Shown piece after piece: positions 1-9,880 of a stretch of DNA of 64,000 nt (position 1 is its first letter; each line of letters starts with the position of its first letter). Both the position numbers and the translations under genes were made by a program. Origin of the DNA: a virus. The notes beneath the pieces are model-generated. The model saw nothing but the letters and a program-made list of their open reading frames with translations. It was not told the origin of the DNA and searched no databases. Location: IMG/VR virus record IMGVR_UViG_3300000295_000002, positions 1 to 64,000 of that record; one strand, 5' to 3'.

Positions 1-1
1 C

Positions 2-220
2 TTGCCAGCACTCTTCTGCATCCTTGAATGGACGGTACTTTGGTTCTGGCTTAATTCGGTACTCTATATTATCCCAGTACCCTATTTCCTTTATTTCCGT
101 CCAATCATTCGGGACACTTATGCCTTTTACGGCACTCGGTTTTGTCCTACACTCAATCACTTTTCCTTCTGCAAAAACTTGCAGAATAGGATAAAATTCT
201 TTAGCTTGATTTCTGTCCAT
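2..220 (-). CDS. hypothetical protein, C-terminus cut by window edge
   Basis: ATG at 218-220 preceded by GGAGG; frame stays open to the window edge. Confidence 0.5.
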   Translation of the reverse strand, partial: MDRNQAKEFYPILQVFAEGKVIECRTKPSAVKGISVPNDWTEIKEIGYWDNIEYRIKPEPKYRPFKDAEECWQ

Positions 221-233
221 AATCAATCCTCCA

Positions 234-488
234 TTATAATTCTTCATACATTTTTTGATGTTGTTCTAAACTCTTTGTAAGTCTCTCAATAGCCATATCT
301 TTCAATTCTTTAAAAGATATAAACCTAAAAATGGAAGCTTTTTCATACCCAATGCATCCTAGCCCATTAGACAATGTGATGGTTTCTTCTGTTGCATCTA
401 CAGCTTCCTTCCAATACTTAAGAGCCTTCTTGTCTTTTTCAATTAAACTTCTTAAGTTTGTAGCTTTGTTATAAATTTCTTCTGTCAT
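234..488 (-). CDS. hypothetical protein (84 aa)
   Basis: ORF track; GGAGG about 8 nt upstream of the ATG. Confidence 0.55.
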   Translation of the reverse strand: MTEEIYNKATNLRSLIEKDKKALKYWKEAVDATEETITLSNGLGCIGYEKASIFRFISFKELKDMAIERLTKSLEQHQKMYEEL

Positions 489-489
489 A

Positions 490-837
490 TCAATCCTCCA
501 ACTTTTTAATTAATAAATTACTTTTCTTATTAAATGGTTTATAACCACTACGGAGATACCAATCTAGAACAAATCTATCAGATTCATCTTTAACAAATTC
601 TAGTCCGATGGTCTTCACTCCATTCAACTTAGCTTGCTGTTCTGCTAGATGTAATAGGCGTTGTGCAACACCATTTCTTCTATGAGCAACATCCACCCAA
701 AGTGCATATATTAGAGCATCAGCTTTGCCGAAAATATCACTAACATAAAGCGGAATGGATATTTGAACTGAACCAAGGCTTTCTTCATCAGTTATTAAAA
801 TTCTGATTTCGTCCTTCCATGTCTGTTTTTGTATCAT
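490..837 (-). CDS. small GNAT-family N-acetyltransferase
   Basis: Motif VDVAHRRNGVAQRLL resembles the GNAT acetyl-CoA loop (R-x-x-G-x-A). ATG at 837 has GGAGA upstream; the longer GTG start at 876 is less likely. Confidence 0.6.
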   Translation of the reverse strand: MIQKQTWKDEIRILITDEESLGSVQISIPLYVSDIFGKADALIYALWVDVAHRRNGVAQRLLHLAEQQAKLNGVKTIGLEFVKDESDRFVLDWYLRSGYKPFNKKSNLLIKKLED

Positions 838-979
838 ACTTAGTTCTCCAACTCTTTTTGAATGTCGTTCAACCACACAAGAACTTCATCAATATTAATG
901 TAATAAATATATCAATATTTATGCTTTCTTAATTGATTCTTCTTTTTAATAATTATATTAATTGCAGTTACTTTACTCA

Positions 980-1138
980 TTACTTATCATCCTTATGATT
1001 ACATGTTGCTTGGTCTCCTTCATAGTAAGGAGCACCGACTTTAGGTAATATTTGAGTGTTCCTATTACAGGAACATTGCATTACCCAAGGTGCGTTTACC
1101 TTTCCACATCTAGGGCATATCCATCCTTCTTGTGCCAT
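980..1138 (-). CDS. small Cys-rich (zinc-ribbon-like) protein, 52 aa
   Basis: My own translation gives MAQEGWICPRCGKVNAPWVMQCSCN...; GGAGG upstream. Below the ORF-track size cutoff. Confidence 0.4.
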   Translation of the reverse strand: MAQEGWICPRCGKVNAPWVMQCSCNRNTQILPKVGAPYYEGDQATCNHKDDK

Positions 1139-1490
1139 AACTATTCCTCCTTTTCTTCTAATATTTTTCTTATTTTCGAAAGCTCTTTGGCTATATTGTC
1201 AATACTTACCATTATTCCAATAAGAACAAATGCCACAAAACATATTGCTAAATCCATATCTATTCCTCCTCAATCAATGATTACCATTTCTCTACCATCA
1301 ATATTAGCGTGCTTTAGACATTTTATATCTCTTATCCAACTCTGGCTGTCTGTTCTAACAACAAGAGTTTCTGAACCACACTTAGCAATCATAGAAACAA
1401 TTTATTTCTGTAAATTCATTAAAGTCATAATTATATTCTCTTCTCTTTTTACCCTCTCCCTTTTGTAGGAGAGGGTGGTTAGTTACTCTG

Positions 1491-1727
1491 TTAATTGCAT
1501 GTAGTACCTTCATCTTTTAAATCCTCAATTCTTCTAGTTAGAATATTGAGGTATTTTTCCATAGCTTCAAGCTGTTCTGTCATTCTTACAAACTGGAAAC
1601 TTCCCACTTTCATTTGAGCGTCCTCTAATGATAAGAATTTACGTAACTTATCAACCTTTTCTGTCAGTTCTTGTTGTTCTACAGCTAGTCTATCCAAAAA
1701 AGTCTCGGCTGGTTTGTAAGTGTTCAT
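1491..1727 (-). CDS. coiled-coil hypothetical protein
   Basis: ORF track; internal ATG (MNTYKPAETF...). Overlaps the upstream ORF in the +1 frame. Confidence 0.5.
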   Translation of the reverse strand: MNTYKPAETFLDRLAVEQQELTEKVDKLRKFLSLEDAQMKVGSFQFVRMTEQLEAMEKYLNILTRRIEDLKDEGTTCN

Positions 1728-1890
1728 CAAACACACTCTTAGGAGACCAAGACTTATATCCGTCCTTGTACTCTACTAAGTAGCCATCTTCCTCAACGGT
1801 TGCTGGCTTAATTTCTACACCAAGCACTTGTGCTTCTGTAACAGTCATAGGTTCTGCCTTTATGACCTTTGTACCAATATACTTTTTCAT
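1690..1890 (-). CDS. hypothetical protein (66 aa)
   Basis: ORF track; MKKYIGTKVIKAEPMT...SWSPKSVFDE. Confidence 0.5.
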   Translation of the reverse strand: MKKYIGTKVIKAEPMTVTEAQVLGVEIKPATVEEDGYLVEYKDGYKSWSPKSVFDEHLQTSRDFFG

Positions 1891-1921
1891 AATTACTTAT
1901 ATTTAATCCCATAAGGGATGG

Positions 1922-2089
1922 TTAATCTTTATAAGTATTTGCATCTAAATCAATAGCTACAAATCCCATTGTAGTACTAGGAATTCCGTTCCGAACCACA
2001 CTTATATTTTCGGAAAAAAGAACTACTGTATGTTTGCGACCTTTAATATCTGGTATTTCGTATCTTTCATACGAATGTCTATTACTCAT
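1922..2089 (-). CDS. hypothetical small protein (55 aa)
   Basis: My own translation; fills a gap between same-strand genes. Confidence 0.3.
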   Translation of the reverse strand: MSNRHSYERYEIPDIKGRKHTVVLFSENISVVRNGIPSTTMGFVAIDLDANTYKD

Positions 2090-2120
2090 AATCTATCTAT
2101 TTATATCCTTTGCAGGATGG

Positions 2121-2273
2121 TTAATAAATCACAACACAATCATCAAATACTGATACACAATCAACATTCATGGGGTTCCCATTCTCTTGTGTACCATGAG
2201 AATATGGGAAGCAGACTTCCATAGTCTTATCCTCAATCTTTGATAATTCGTTAATCAATTCTTCTACTGTCAT
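2121..2273 (-). CDS. hypothetical small protein (50 aa)
   Basis: My own translation; same-strand gap filler. Confidence 0.3.
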   Translation of the reverse strand: MTVEELINELSKIEDKTMEVCFPYSHGTQENGNPMNVDCVSVFDDCVVIY

Positions 2274-2454
2274 ATTCTATCTTTTATGCCCGAAGGCGTT
2301 ACTAAAATCCATACCATTTCGAAATCATCGTTTTTATTCCTTGTTTTAAAAACTTCTTTTCACGTCTTTTCAAGAACGACTTACTTCGATGTACACAATC
2401 TAAATACCAAAGAGACCTCTATGTGTCGAAAAATCTTAAAGCATATAACATAAC

Positions 2455-2862
2455 CTACACCTCCATTTCGTGATTAATACCAAGACCAAAGAGAAGGTGC
2501 TGGAGTTCGTGGCAGTATTGTATTTCTACCATATTATTTCCATTAACCTCTACATATAGATGACCTTTATTAGATTTATGCTTAAAGTCTATCCCAATAT
2601 AAGAAATAAACCCTTCTGCTACATCTAAGTAATAGTACCATCTGTTTTGTGTTCTCCACCCATTCTTCTCTAGAATCTCATGAGTGAGAGGAATCGGAAC
2701 AATATTATCCTTATCAGCATATTGAATTTCTCCGTTTGGGAACTTGATTTGATATAAGAGTGCTTCATTTTCGTTTTCCGTACCAATTACCTCAACGATA
2801 TATTTCTTTATACCTACATATACAGAGACCAAATCTCTTGGAATGTATTCTAACTTATCCAT
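2455..2862 (-). CDS. hypothetical protein
   Basis: ORF track, tight packing with neighbours. Confidence 0.6.
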   Translation of the reverse strand: MDKLEYIPRDLVSVYVGIKKYIVEVIGTENENEALLYQIKFPNGEIQYADKDNIVPIPLTHEILEKNGWRTQNRWYYYLDVAEGFISYIGIDFKHKSNKGHLYVEVNGNNMVEIQYCHELQHLLFGLGINHEMEV

Positions 2863-2865
2863 AGC

Positions 2866-3408
2866 TTAGTCCTTTTTATTAACGAAATCCTCATACTCAC
2901 CAATCGTGATTTCCACGAAGTCTTGATTTTGCTTCTCAGCTCGGATGCTGTTATCAAAGTAAACGAAAATACGGTCTTTGTGACGAAGGAGCTGAGTAAT
3001 AGAGAAACGGCTAGCTAGAGAGACTTCTATATTCAGTTCCTCCATTACCTCGAAATGGTTAGCAACGGATTTATAGGAGAGAAGAACGGAGGCTATTACC
3101 TTGCCTTGCTTATATCGCTTATTAGGCGCAATAGCTACATAGTAACCATCCTCCAATTTTACACCGTCTATCTTCTTCCACACCTTCTTATCTAGCGTAT
3201 CGTAACGCTCAGAAGGAACCCATATAGCAGTAATCTCGTACACTCTTGTGAGAGTTCCGTTAGGCTGATAGCCCTGATATTTTTCAAATTTGAAACCTAC
3301 GGCTTCTTCTACTCGTTTCATGTAGGCTTTATGCTCTTCAAATTCAGCATCGAGAATACTCTTAATGTATTCATAAGCCTTTGTACCTTGTTTTGCTTCG
3401 TATAACAT
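2866..3408 (-). CDS. hypothetical protein
   Basis: ORF track. Confidence 0.6.
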   Translation of the reverse strand: MLYEAKQGTKAYEYIKSILDAEFEEHKAYMKRVEEAVGFKFEKYQGYQPNGTLTRVYEITAIWVPSERYDTLDKKVWKKIDGVKLEDGYYVAIAPNKRYKQGKVIASVLLSYKSVANHFEVMEELNIEVSLASRFSITQLLRHKDRIFVYFDNSIRAEKQNQDFVEITIGEYEDFVNKKD

Positions 3409-3414
3409 ATCTCT

Positions 3415-3648
3415 TTATTTTTTACGATGATTAAACTTCTTAATAGCATCTTTCTTTGAAGCTGCCATAATCTTAACACCCTTGATGGTGAACTCATGCT
3501 GTGCCTTTGGCTGGCACTTCTGCTTGTCGGAAGGAATGTTGCCATTCGGTGTATCAAGTCTAGGACTTGGGCTTCCAAACGGATACTCACTAGCATAAGC
3601 AGTGATAGCAGTATACATCAAAGCCAAATTCATTAATTTTCTGCTCAT
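3415..3648 (-). CDS. small secreted protein (N-terminal signal-like segment)
   Basis: Hydrophobic N-terminus MSRKLMNLALMYTAITAYA. Confidence 0.5.
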   Translation of the reverse strand: MSRKLMNLALMYTAITAYASEYPFGSPSPRLDTPNGNIPSDKQKCQPKAQHEFTIKGVKIMAASKKDAIKKFNHRKK

Positions 3649-3654
3649 ACCGCT

Positions 3655-3825
3655 TTACTCCTTAACTTCTTTAAAAATTACATCCTTACCATCAGAACGC
3701 ATATCCTTAAAACATAAATAAGGGCATCCTTCTTTGTCAGCAAAAAAACAATCTTTACATGTATCACTTTGCTCAACAACTTCAAGAGTAACAGAAACCC
3801 TTTCTCCAACTTTAAGCTCTTTCAT
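3655..3825 (-). CDS. small Cys-rich protein, apparent paralog of 5575-5760
   Basis: My own translation gives MKELKVGERVSVTLEVVEQSDTCKDCFF...DGKDVIFKEVKE. It has the same V..V..C..CFF...DGK.V.FK.V pattern as 5575-5760. Confidence 0.4.
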   Translation of the reverse strand: MKELKVGERVSVTLEVVEQSDTCKDCFFADKEGCPYLCFKDMRSDGKDVIFKEVKE

Positions 3826-3827
3826 AA

Positions 3828-3989
3828 TCAAAACGCAATTCTAAAATCCTTACCTCTCAAAGTAGGTCTCTTTAAGAGGACAAACTTCTCTAAATCTTCA
3901 AAGTCAATCGGAAAGAGCGCACAATATTTATACTTTAATATGCAGATGAATCTTCCGTCGAGCATAACATCAAAAATAAAAGTATTCAT
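3828..3989 (-). CDS. hypothetical small protein (53 aa)
   Basis: ATGA overlap with the upstream stop; AAGGAGGTGA upstream. Confidence 0.35.
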   Translation of the reverse strand: MNTFIFDVMLDGRFICILKYKYCALFPIDFEDLEKFVLLKRPTLRGKDFRIAF

Positions 3990-4357
3990 TGCTCACCTCC
4001 TTCCTCTGGAAACAAATCATCAAGATAAAGCCACTTTTCTATAGGTGCTCTCTCAACAAATCCTTTCCAAGACTTGAAGTCTTTTACTTGTGCTAATGAA
4101 TAATAGTCGCCTACATTATAGCGTAGCAATATCCCTTCATTATATCCTTCAGGCTCTTCGCTAGCAGAATGCCACAAGTTCTTCAAGAACTCGTTGATAG
4201 CCCATTTAGCACCTAGTCCAATAGCTTCTTTGATGTCCTCTTTGTAGAACATTTCTTCCTTTTCATCATTGTTGAAGACTATCTCTTCACCATTAAGCAA
4301 GAATCTATCCTCGTAGATTTCTTCCTTTGCAGCTTCTATTTTATTATCATCTATCAT
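3986..4357 (-). CDS. hypothetical acidic protein
   Basis: ORF track. Confidence 0.6.
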   Translation of the reverse strand: MIDDNKIEAAKEEIYEDRFLLNGEEIVFNNDEKEEMFYKEDIKEAIGLGAKWAINEFLKNLWHSASEEPEGYNEGILLRYNVGDYYSLAQVKDFKSWKGFVERAPIEKWLYLDDLFPEEGGEQ

Positions 4358-4572
4358 AATCTACCCTTTCTTTTTCTAAGTTCTAACATCCTTCTAGTTC
4401 TACGGCTTTCCTTGCCACTAGGAGGGTTGCCACCAATCTTTACTTCTGGGATTTCATAATTCATATAGATGGAAGCTTCTTCATTGAGCGCCTTAACTAC
4501 TTCTTTAGTCAAGACTTCTTCAAGTGATACACCAGTTGGTGTTACAATTATCTTTACATCGTCTCTAATCAT
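4354..4572 (-). CDS. hypothetical protein
   Basis: ORF track; AAGGAGGTGAGTA directly upstream of the ATG. Confidence 0.55.
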   Translation of the reverse strand: MIRDDVKIIVTPTGVSLEEVLTKEVVKALNEEASIYMNYEIPEVKIGGNPPSGKESRRTRRMLELRKRKGRL

Positions 4573-5573
4573 TACTCACCTCCTTCCCAATCATCAGTCG
4601 TTCCTAGTAGATGTGCTGTCTCTTCGTTGTAAGGTATACAATACTTACGACTAAATCCGATACAACGAAAAGGATATTGTGATTCTTCTCTATAATGAGA
4701 AAAGAGTTCAGCTTCCCATACATCATCTTTCTCATTTCGCCCCAACACTTTATCGAATGGCTTAAACTCGCACTTTGGCTTTAAATCCACAATCTGTTTC
4801 TTCTCAGCATCCCAAGCCTTGCCTTTCTTTGCGAGAGCTGAGAAGAACTGTTTTTTCTCTTCTTCTGTAGCAAGGCGAAGTTCTGTGATTTCATCTTTAC
4901 GTATTATGCATTTACCACTAATATCTAAAAACTGATTTGTGGTGTCTAGTGAAGCGTGGTCGCATAAGTCACCATTCTTTTTAGAGTACTCAAAGATTTC
5001 AATAAAAGCACTGTCATTACATTTCACGAACAAAACATCTCCATCCTTGAACTCAGGCTTTTCAAATTTTAACTTATAGCCTAGTCTTTTCTCTATTTGG
5101 CGGATGTATTTCTGAGCGTCTTCTTTGTTTGCTTTGCTGAAATCTGATGTTGGCAATTCGTCTTCATACTCTCCGAAGCACATTGTAATACCCTCATTTT
5201 TCCACAGATAATTATTACCATTGAAAGTTTCGTAGGTATCATCATCAAACCCCTCGAAGATAACATGTGCATTTCCATCTTTGTTAACTAGAATGTCTCC
5301 TGTATTCCAAGCGAGCTTAGACCAGTCTCGCATTTCTTTGGAAGGAAGGAGAATCTGTAAGCCATCAAGCCAACTTTCTTCTGTACCTAGTTTTGAATAA
5401 TCAAACAAAAGAGTACTGCCTACTTCATTAGTTGATGTGCATTCTATATAAGTACCAGCGACTGTTGTGTGGACTTTATCTAACTCTACGTCTATATTGC
5501 GTAATAAGTCATACAACTTTGTCCCTTGCGGTTTATCCTTTAGGATTTCCGCTACATTAATATTTTCTTCCAT
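4572..5573 (-). CDS. hypothetical protein (333 aa)
   Basis: Long ORF with start/stop overlap to neighbours. Confidence 0.65.
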   Translation of the reverse strand: MEENINVAEILKDKPQGTKLYDLLRNIDVELDKVHTTVAGTYIECTSTNEVGSTLLFDYSKLGTEESWLDGLQILLPSKEMRDWSKLAWNTGDILVNKDGNAHVIFEGFDDDTYETFNGNNYLWKNEGITMCFGEYEDELPTSDFSKANKEDAQKYIRQIEKRLGYKLKFEKPEFKDGDVLFVKCNDSAFIEIFEYSKKNGDLCDHASLDTTNQFLDISGKCIIRKDEITELRLATEEEKKQFFSALAKKGKAWDAEKKQIVDLKPKCEFKPFDKVLGRNEKDDVWEAELFSHYREESQYPFRCIGFSRKYCIPYNEETAHLLGTTDDWEGGE

Positions 5574-5574
5574 A

Positions 5575-5760
5575 TTACTTCACTCTTTTAAATTGAACAT
5601 TCTTTCCGTCTTTTCGCTCATTTGATGCGCACTTGATTCGATTACACATTTCTATATTGATAATGTTTGCAATTTCATCAAAGAAACAACCACTACAATC
5701 AGCTTCCTTGGTATCAACTACCTTTAACACGACTTCTGCGCCAATAGGTAAATCTTCCAT
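5575..5760 (-). CDS. small Cys-rich protein
   Basis: ORF track; C..C...C...C pattern. Confidence 0.5.
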   Translation of the reverse strand: MEDLPIGAEVVLKVVDTKEADCSGCFFDEIANIINIEMCNRIKCASNERKDGKNVQFKRVK

Positions 5761-5762
5761 AA

Positions 5763-6170
5763 TTAAACCTCCTCATTGTATTTATAGACAAGACCGACAA
5801 CCAAATTGACAAATTCGTGATTTGTCATAGCTCTAGTGTCTGTATTACCAAGTCTCAGCTCATCAATGATACGTTCTGCAACCTTTTTGATGTGCCCCAT
5901 CTTAGACAGAGGAAAACGCTCAATGTCGGCAGCCTTATCAAGATGAAAGCACTCACGAAGGTAAGTACCACGGATATGTTCGATTGTCGAACTTTCGCGA
6001 GTGACAACCCATACGCCCTCTTCTAGAGGACTATACGAGAGCATACTAACAGGTTCATACTTTCCATTTATCTTTCTGTAGAAAGTCTTCGATATATCAA
6101 GGTCAGGAATCTTGTATTCCTGATAGCGACCTTTACTGTTCTTTGTGTACAGCGTTGGAATCTTTTTCAT
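5763..6170 (-). CDS. hypothetical protein
   Basis: ORF track. Confidence 0.6.
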   Translation of the reverse strand: MKKIPTLYTKNSKGRYQEYKIPDLDISKTFYRKINGKYEPVSMLSYSPLEEGVWVVTRESSTIEHIRGTYLRECFHLDKAADIERFPLSKMGHIKKVAERIIDELRLGNTDTRAMTNHEFVNLVVGLVYKYNEEV

Positions 6171-7128
6171 TTTTCTTACGTTTTAAGTTAGCTATTCTAG
6201 TCTCTCTGAGATATTCCTCAGATTTCTTCAATCCGAGTTTCTTAGCTTGTTTAGCGACCGCGTAAACGCTTCTGCCAACTATTCTAGCAATATCTTTGTT
6301 AGAGGATTCTGGGTAACCTGTTTTCAATGCTCTTAATTGAGCTTCATTCCAAGGAGTGCCAGTGTTATCTTGTGCGTCTTCTCCATCTACGATAATTCCG
6401 TTTATATCAAGATTAAGACCACTGAATATACAAGCATCTTCAAGTGCTTTTTCGGCACGTTTATAATCAAGCACCTTTTTCCCGATGATTTCGAATCCGA
6501 GAGAGAGTTTGTCAGGGCACTCTGAAAACACTTTCTTATCTACAGATTCAGGATATATAGCTTCCACTGCATTACGCATACGAGAATGAACGCCCTTAAT
6601 TGGAATAATAAAGTATTCTGCAATATTGGTTGCCCAAGAACCATTATATTCATCCATTGTCTTTCTAAATGCAGAAACAGAAGATTCAAGCATTCCGCTC
6701 AATATTCCAGACATAATAGTCATTGTGTACATCTTATGCCTTTCAATATGATGCTTTGAAAATTGGTTATCTAACGCATAATAACATTTCCTTACATCAT
6801 CTTGTAGATTGAACTTGATGATAAAAGTAAGCTTATCCCATATCTCAGACATGCCGTCAGCTTTCATTCGTTCTTTGAATAAGTCAATCAGTTCATCTGA
6901 AAATTCCTTCGCTTCTGTCATTCTTCTCTTTACGTCAAACTTAAATAGCTTTTCATCTTCCGATACCAGTTTAAATGTTTCATCTATGTTAGACTTGACA
7001 ATTTTAGCAAAGCCGCCTACCATCGAGTAGAAAAGCATGTAGAGTTTGCTTATCTGTTCTTTCGATGGAACTGCAAGAGGAACACCTGCGAGTACACACG
7101 AATTATTTGGATTCCAATTTGTCTGCAT
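6133..7128 (-). CDS. hypothetical protein with C-terminal HTH (sigma region-4-like)
   Basis: C-terminal NKDIARIVGRSVYAVAKQAKKLGL. The ATG at 7128 abuts the upstream stop. Confidence 0.55.
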   Translation of the reverse strand: MQTNWNPNNSCVLAGVPLAVPSKEQISKLYMLFYSMVGGFAKIVKSNIDETFKLVSEDEKLFKFDVKRRMTEAKEFSDELIDLFKERMKADGMSEIWDKLTFIIKFNLQDDVRKCYYALDNQFSKHHIERHKMYTMTIMSGILSGMLESSVSAFRKTMDEYNGSWATNIAEYFIIPIKGVHSRMRNAVEAIYPESVDKKVFSECPDKLSLGFEIIGKKVLDYKRAEKALEDACIFSGLNLDINGIIVDGEDAQDNTGTPWNEAQLRALKTGYPESSNKDIARIVGRSVYAVAKQAKKLGLKKSEEYLRETRIANLKRKKNEKDSNAVHKEQ

Positions 7129-7129
7129 A

Positions 7130-7687
7130 CTATTTAAGAAAGACTTTAAACACACCACCTATTGCATTATCAACACTAATGCCTTCTGTTAAAAAATCAC
7201 TTTTGAGAATATCATCAATAGAGTAACTCCAATCGCAACTACCTGTAAGACCACCCCAAGGGCGAAATGTCTTAAAACCAGATGAAACATTATTGGCTGT
7301 ATCGTAACTGTACACATGTTTATTATAAAGTTTAGCAATTCTTTTGTCGTGATTAGATAATCCGTCCAAAGGAATCCAATTAACGTAATATTTTAGAGAC
7401 AACGTAATTCTATCAGCGGTTGCATCAATGTAAAAGTCACTACCACACTCGCCAAATTTATCATTGGTAACATGTACGTTTCCATACATATATTCTATCG
7501 CATTCATCTTTTTTACCGCTAATCTTTTCATTAGACTTTCAGCAATACCTCTTTGCTTTCTTTGCTCAACAAAAGATTTAAGAAGTTCTTGTTGCAGCAG
7601 TCCGCATTCTGTAGTTGCTTGTGCGGACAAATTATTGATTACCATTCCGTCCATATTACTTTGATTTAATGTTTCCGTATGCAGCAT
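7130..7687 (-). CDS. hypothetical protein
   Basis: ORF track; start uncertain (alternative ATG at 7654). Confidence 0.5.
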   Translation of the reverse strand: MLHTETLNQSNMDGMVINNLSAQATTECGLLQQELLKSFVEQRKQRGIAESLMKRLAVKKMNAIEYMYGNVHVTNDKFGECGSDFYIDATADRITLSLKYYVNWIPLDGLSNHDKRIAKLYNKHVYSYDTANNVSSGFKTFRPWGGLTGSCDWSYSIDDILKSDFLTEGISVDNAIGGVFKVFLK

Positions 7688-7979
7688 AGAAGCTATCGAG
7701 CTGCTGTGTTGCGTGTGCCAGCTTCTGATTGTAGTTATCTCGCTCTGCCCTTGCCTTAGAAATAAAGACGAAGCTAACTATGAACGATATTACTATCGTT
7801 ACCACGATGAACAACCAGGGCAGCTTGTGAACTGCCTTATTGATTGCTCTTCCTATATTTCTTAGGATAACCCAAGAATAAACACCTATGAACACTACCG
7901 CTTGTTTTGTGGTCGCGTTCTCAATACGTTCTTTCTGCGTCATTTTGAGATATTTTTTATTAATGATTATATGTGACAA
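7656..7979 (-). CDS. membrane protein (two hydrophobic helices)
   Basis: Hydrophobic segments AVVFIGVYSWVIL and LFIVVTIVISFIVSFVFI. Confidence 0.5.
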   Translation of the reverse strand: MSHIIINKKYLKMTQKERIENATTKQAVVFIGVYSWVILRNIGRAINKAVHKLPWLFIVVTIVISFIVSFVFISKARAERDNYNQKLAHATQQLDSFYAAYGNIKSK

Positions 7980-8710
7980 TCATACATCGTTAGAAGAGTG
8001 TCAGGTGGAAGTGATGCAAGAAGTTGTTTCACTTCTTCGCTCCATGCATCTTTGTCTTTTTCGTCTGATACTACGTCAAACCAACCCGTTTTGCCACGCT
8101 CGTACCATTTTCCGTCTTTAACGACAGCGAATACTTTTATATCTTCAATATTTGATATATCCTTTATGCGAGCTTGGTCGCAACGACCTTCTGCCCTTAG
8201 TTGTTTGAGATAGTCAAGCTCTTCTTTCGAATAGAATGCTGCAATTTTAGGATAGAACAATGGAGCATACATTGATATATCCTTTAATTTAAGTCTTCCT
8301 GCATATCTACCACCCATCTGATACCAATCCCATTTAGCATCATTATTATAGGTGCGCCAAACACTACCGTCCTCATGTATCTCAATATTCTCGCTTCCAT
8401 CATCTATATCCATACGGTAATATTTCACGGCATCCTCGTACATCTGTTCGTCCGTCCAGTTAAGATGCTTTGGAAATTCGTTCTCGATATAATTTGCATG
8501 TTCCTTGCTACAGTTGGCAAGATATGCATCTTTATCTTGTAGGAACACATCATAGTAATTCTTTTTGTATTTCTCAATCTCCTTACGTTTCTCGCTAATA
8601 AGCTGCTCTTTGGTCATATATAAATGCATAGGCAGCTCTAGATTTTCATCATACTTGGCGAGTTGTTTCTCTGGCTCATTGCCAATTACCAATGTTAAAA
8701 AATGACTCAT
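7967..8710 (-). CDS. hypothetical protein (WDWYQMGGRY motif)
   Basis: ORF track. Confidence 0.6.
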   Translation of the reverse strand: MSHFLTLVIGNEPEKQLAKYDENLELPMHLYMTKEQLISEKRKEIEKYKKNYYDVFLQDKDAYLANCSKEHANYIENEFPKHLNWTDEQMYEDAVKYYRMDIDDGSENIEIHEDGSVWRTYNNDAKWDWYQMGGRYAGRLKLKDISMYAPLFYPKIAAFYSKEELDYLKQLRAEGRCDQARIKDISNIEDIKVFAVVKDGKWYERGKTGWFDVVSDEKDKDAWSEEVKQLLASLPPDTLLTMYDCHI

Positions 8711-8853
8711 ATTTATCTATATATTAATTCGTTTTCAATTCTAGAATTCACTTGGTTCGGTTGCACCAGTTATCGGTAGATTTCCAATAACCAGCTAACC
8801 ATATTTCTTTTGGTGTCGCGTCAGGATGCTCACTGAGCCATTCCTCTGCCATT

Positions 8854-9519
8854 TTACTTACGTCTGCCATTTTGGTCTCGTTTTGATTCTTTTTCAAGTT
8901 TTCTTTTTAGATTTTCAAGAGGTGATTTTTCAATATCAACACCCTTTAAGCGGCAATGTTCTTCGTAGGATATTGCTTTTCTTCTAGATTCCTCATCTTC
9001 TTTCTTTTGTTTCTCGGCTAACTTCTGAGAATCAATTTCTGCTCTCTTTTCGTATAGCTTACACATATACTTGTCGAGCGCAATAAAAAGTCTCTGAGGA
9101 TTCACGGTCTTTCCTACATAGATTTCTCCATACTCACCCATAGAAAACTCGTAGAAGAATCTAGTAAGCTCACTAGGCGTAAGGTGATAGTATTCTTGTC
9201 TGATACGCTGTGCCATAGCCTTGAACTGGTAAGGAGTAGTTGCGTCGATAGCTCCAATAACCAAAAATAAGTCGATGAGCATCATCTTAATCCAGAACTG
9301 GCTTGCACCATCTTTAAAGTACTTATCAATACTAACTAACGACATACCGCCTCTAGCTACAGAATCATATACAGATGTAATTGCATCTGTTCGATTTTGC
9401 AAGGTAGGATATTTGTCCAGGAATAGCGCATATTGTCCACCGTATTTTTCCACCGCTTGCTTGCATTCAGTCGGCAAGGATTGAATTAATCTTGTTGAAA
9501 GTTCGTTGCTGTTGTTCAT
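8854..9519 (-). CDS. hypothetical protein
   Basis: ORF track; internal ATG (MNNSNEL...) chosen as start. Confidence 0.5.
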   Translation of the reverse strand: MNNSNELSTRLIQSLPTECKQAVEKYGGQYALFLDKYPTLQNRTDAITSVYDSVARGGMSLVSIDKYFKDGASQFWIKMMLIDLFLVIGAIDATTPYQFKAMAQRIRQEYYHLTPSELTRFFYEFSMGEYGEIYVGKTVNPQRLFIALDKYMCKLYEKRAEIDSQKLAEKQKKEDEESRRKAISYEEHCRLKGVDIEKSPLENLKRKLEKESKRDQNGRRK

Positions 9520-9880
9520 AACTATTTGCACTATTATTTTTAGGAGCGAACAACCCTGTATAGTTGTTGCCCATGGAATACTCAACGATAACTTTTGCGT
9601 ATTCGGGATTTCCGCTTGACAACTGTAGAAGTTTCTTTTTAAGAGCCTCTAACCCACGTGGCTTGTAAGTCTGACGTTTTTCTTTCTTGTACGCGAGCCA
9701 CATTTCAAGAGCTTCTTTGCAAGGATAATATTCTTCTTGTTTTTGCTCTGTAGTAATCTCGAAATCCGACAAATCGTTTCCTAACGAAAATGCAGCACCC
9801 ATACAAAATATTTTCTGTTTCTCTGCGTCATTAGGAAACAATTCGCTAGATTTCTGACGTATGTTAGTTGGTAACATCAT
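9467..9880 (-). CDS. hypothetical protein
   Basis: ORF track. Confidence 0.55.
   Translation of the reverse strand: MMLPTNIRQKSSELFPNDAEKQKIFCMGAAFSLGNDLSDFEITTEQKQEEYYPCKEALEMWLAYKKEKRQTYKPRGLEALKKKLLQLSSGNPEYAKVIVEYSMGNNYTGLFAPKNNSANSYEQQQRTFNKINSILAD

Noticed and set aside
1052-1468. Plus-strand ORF 1052-1468
   Set aside because: It lies antisense to several small SD-preceded minus-strand ORFs (for example 980-1138) and has a low-complexity translation.
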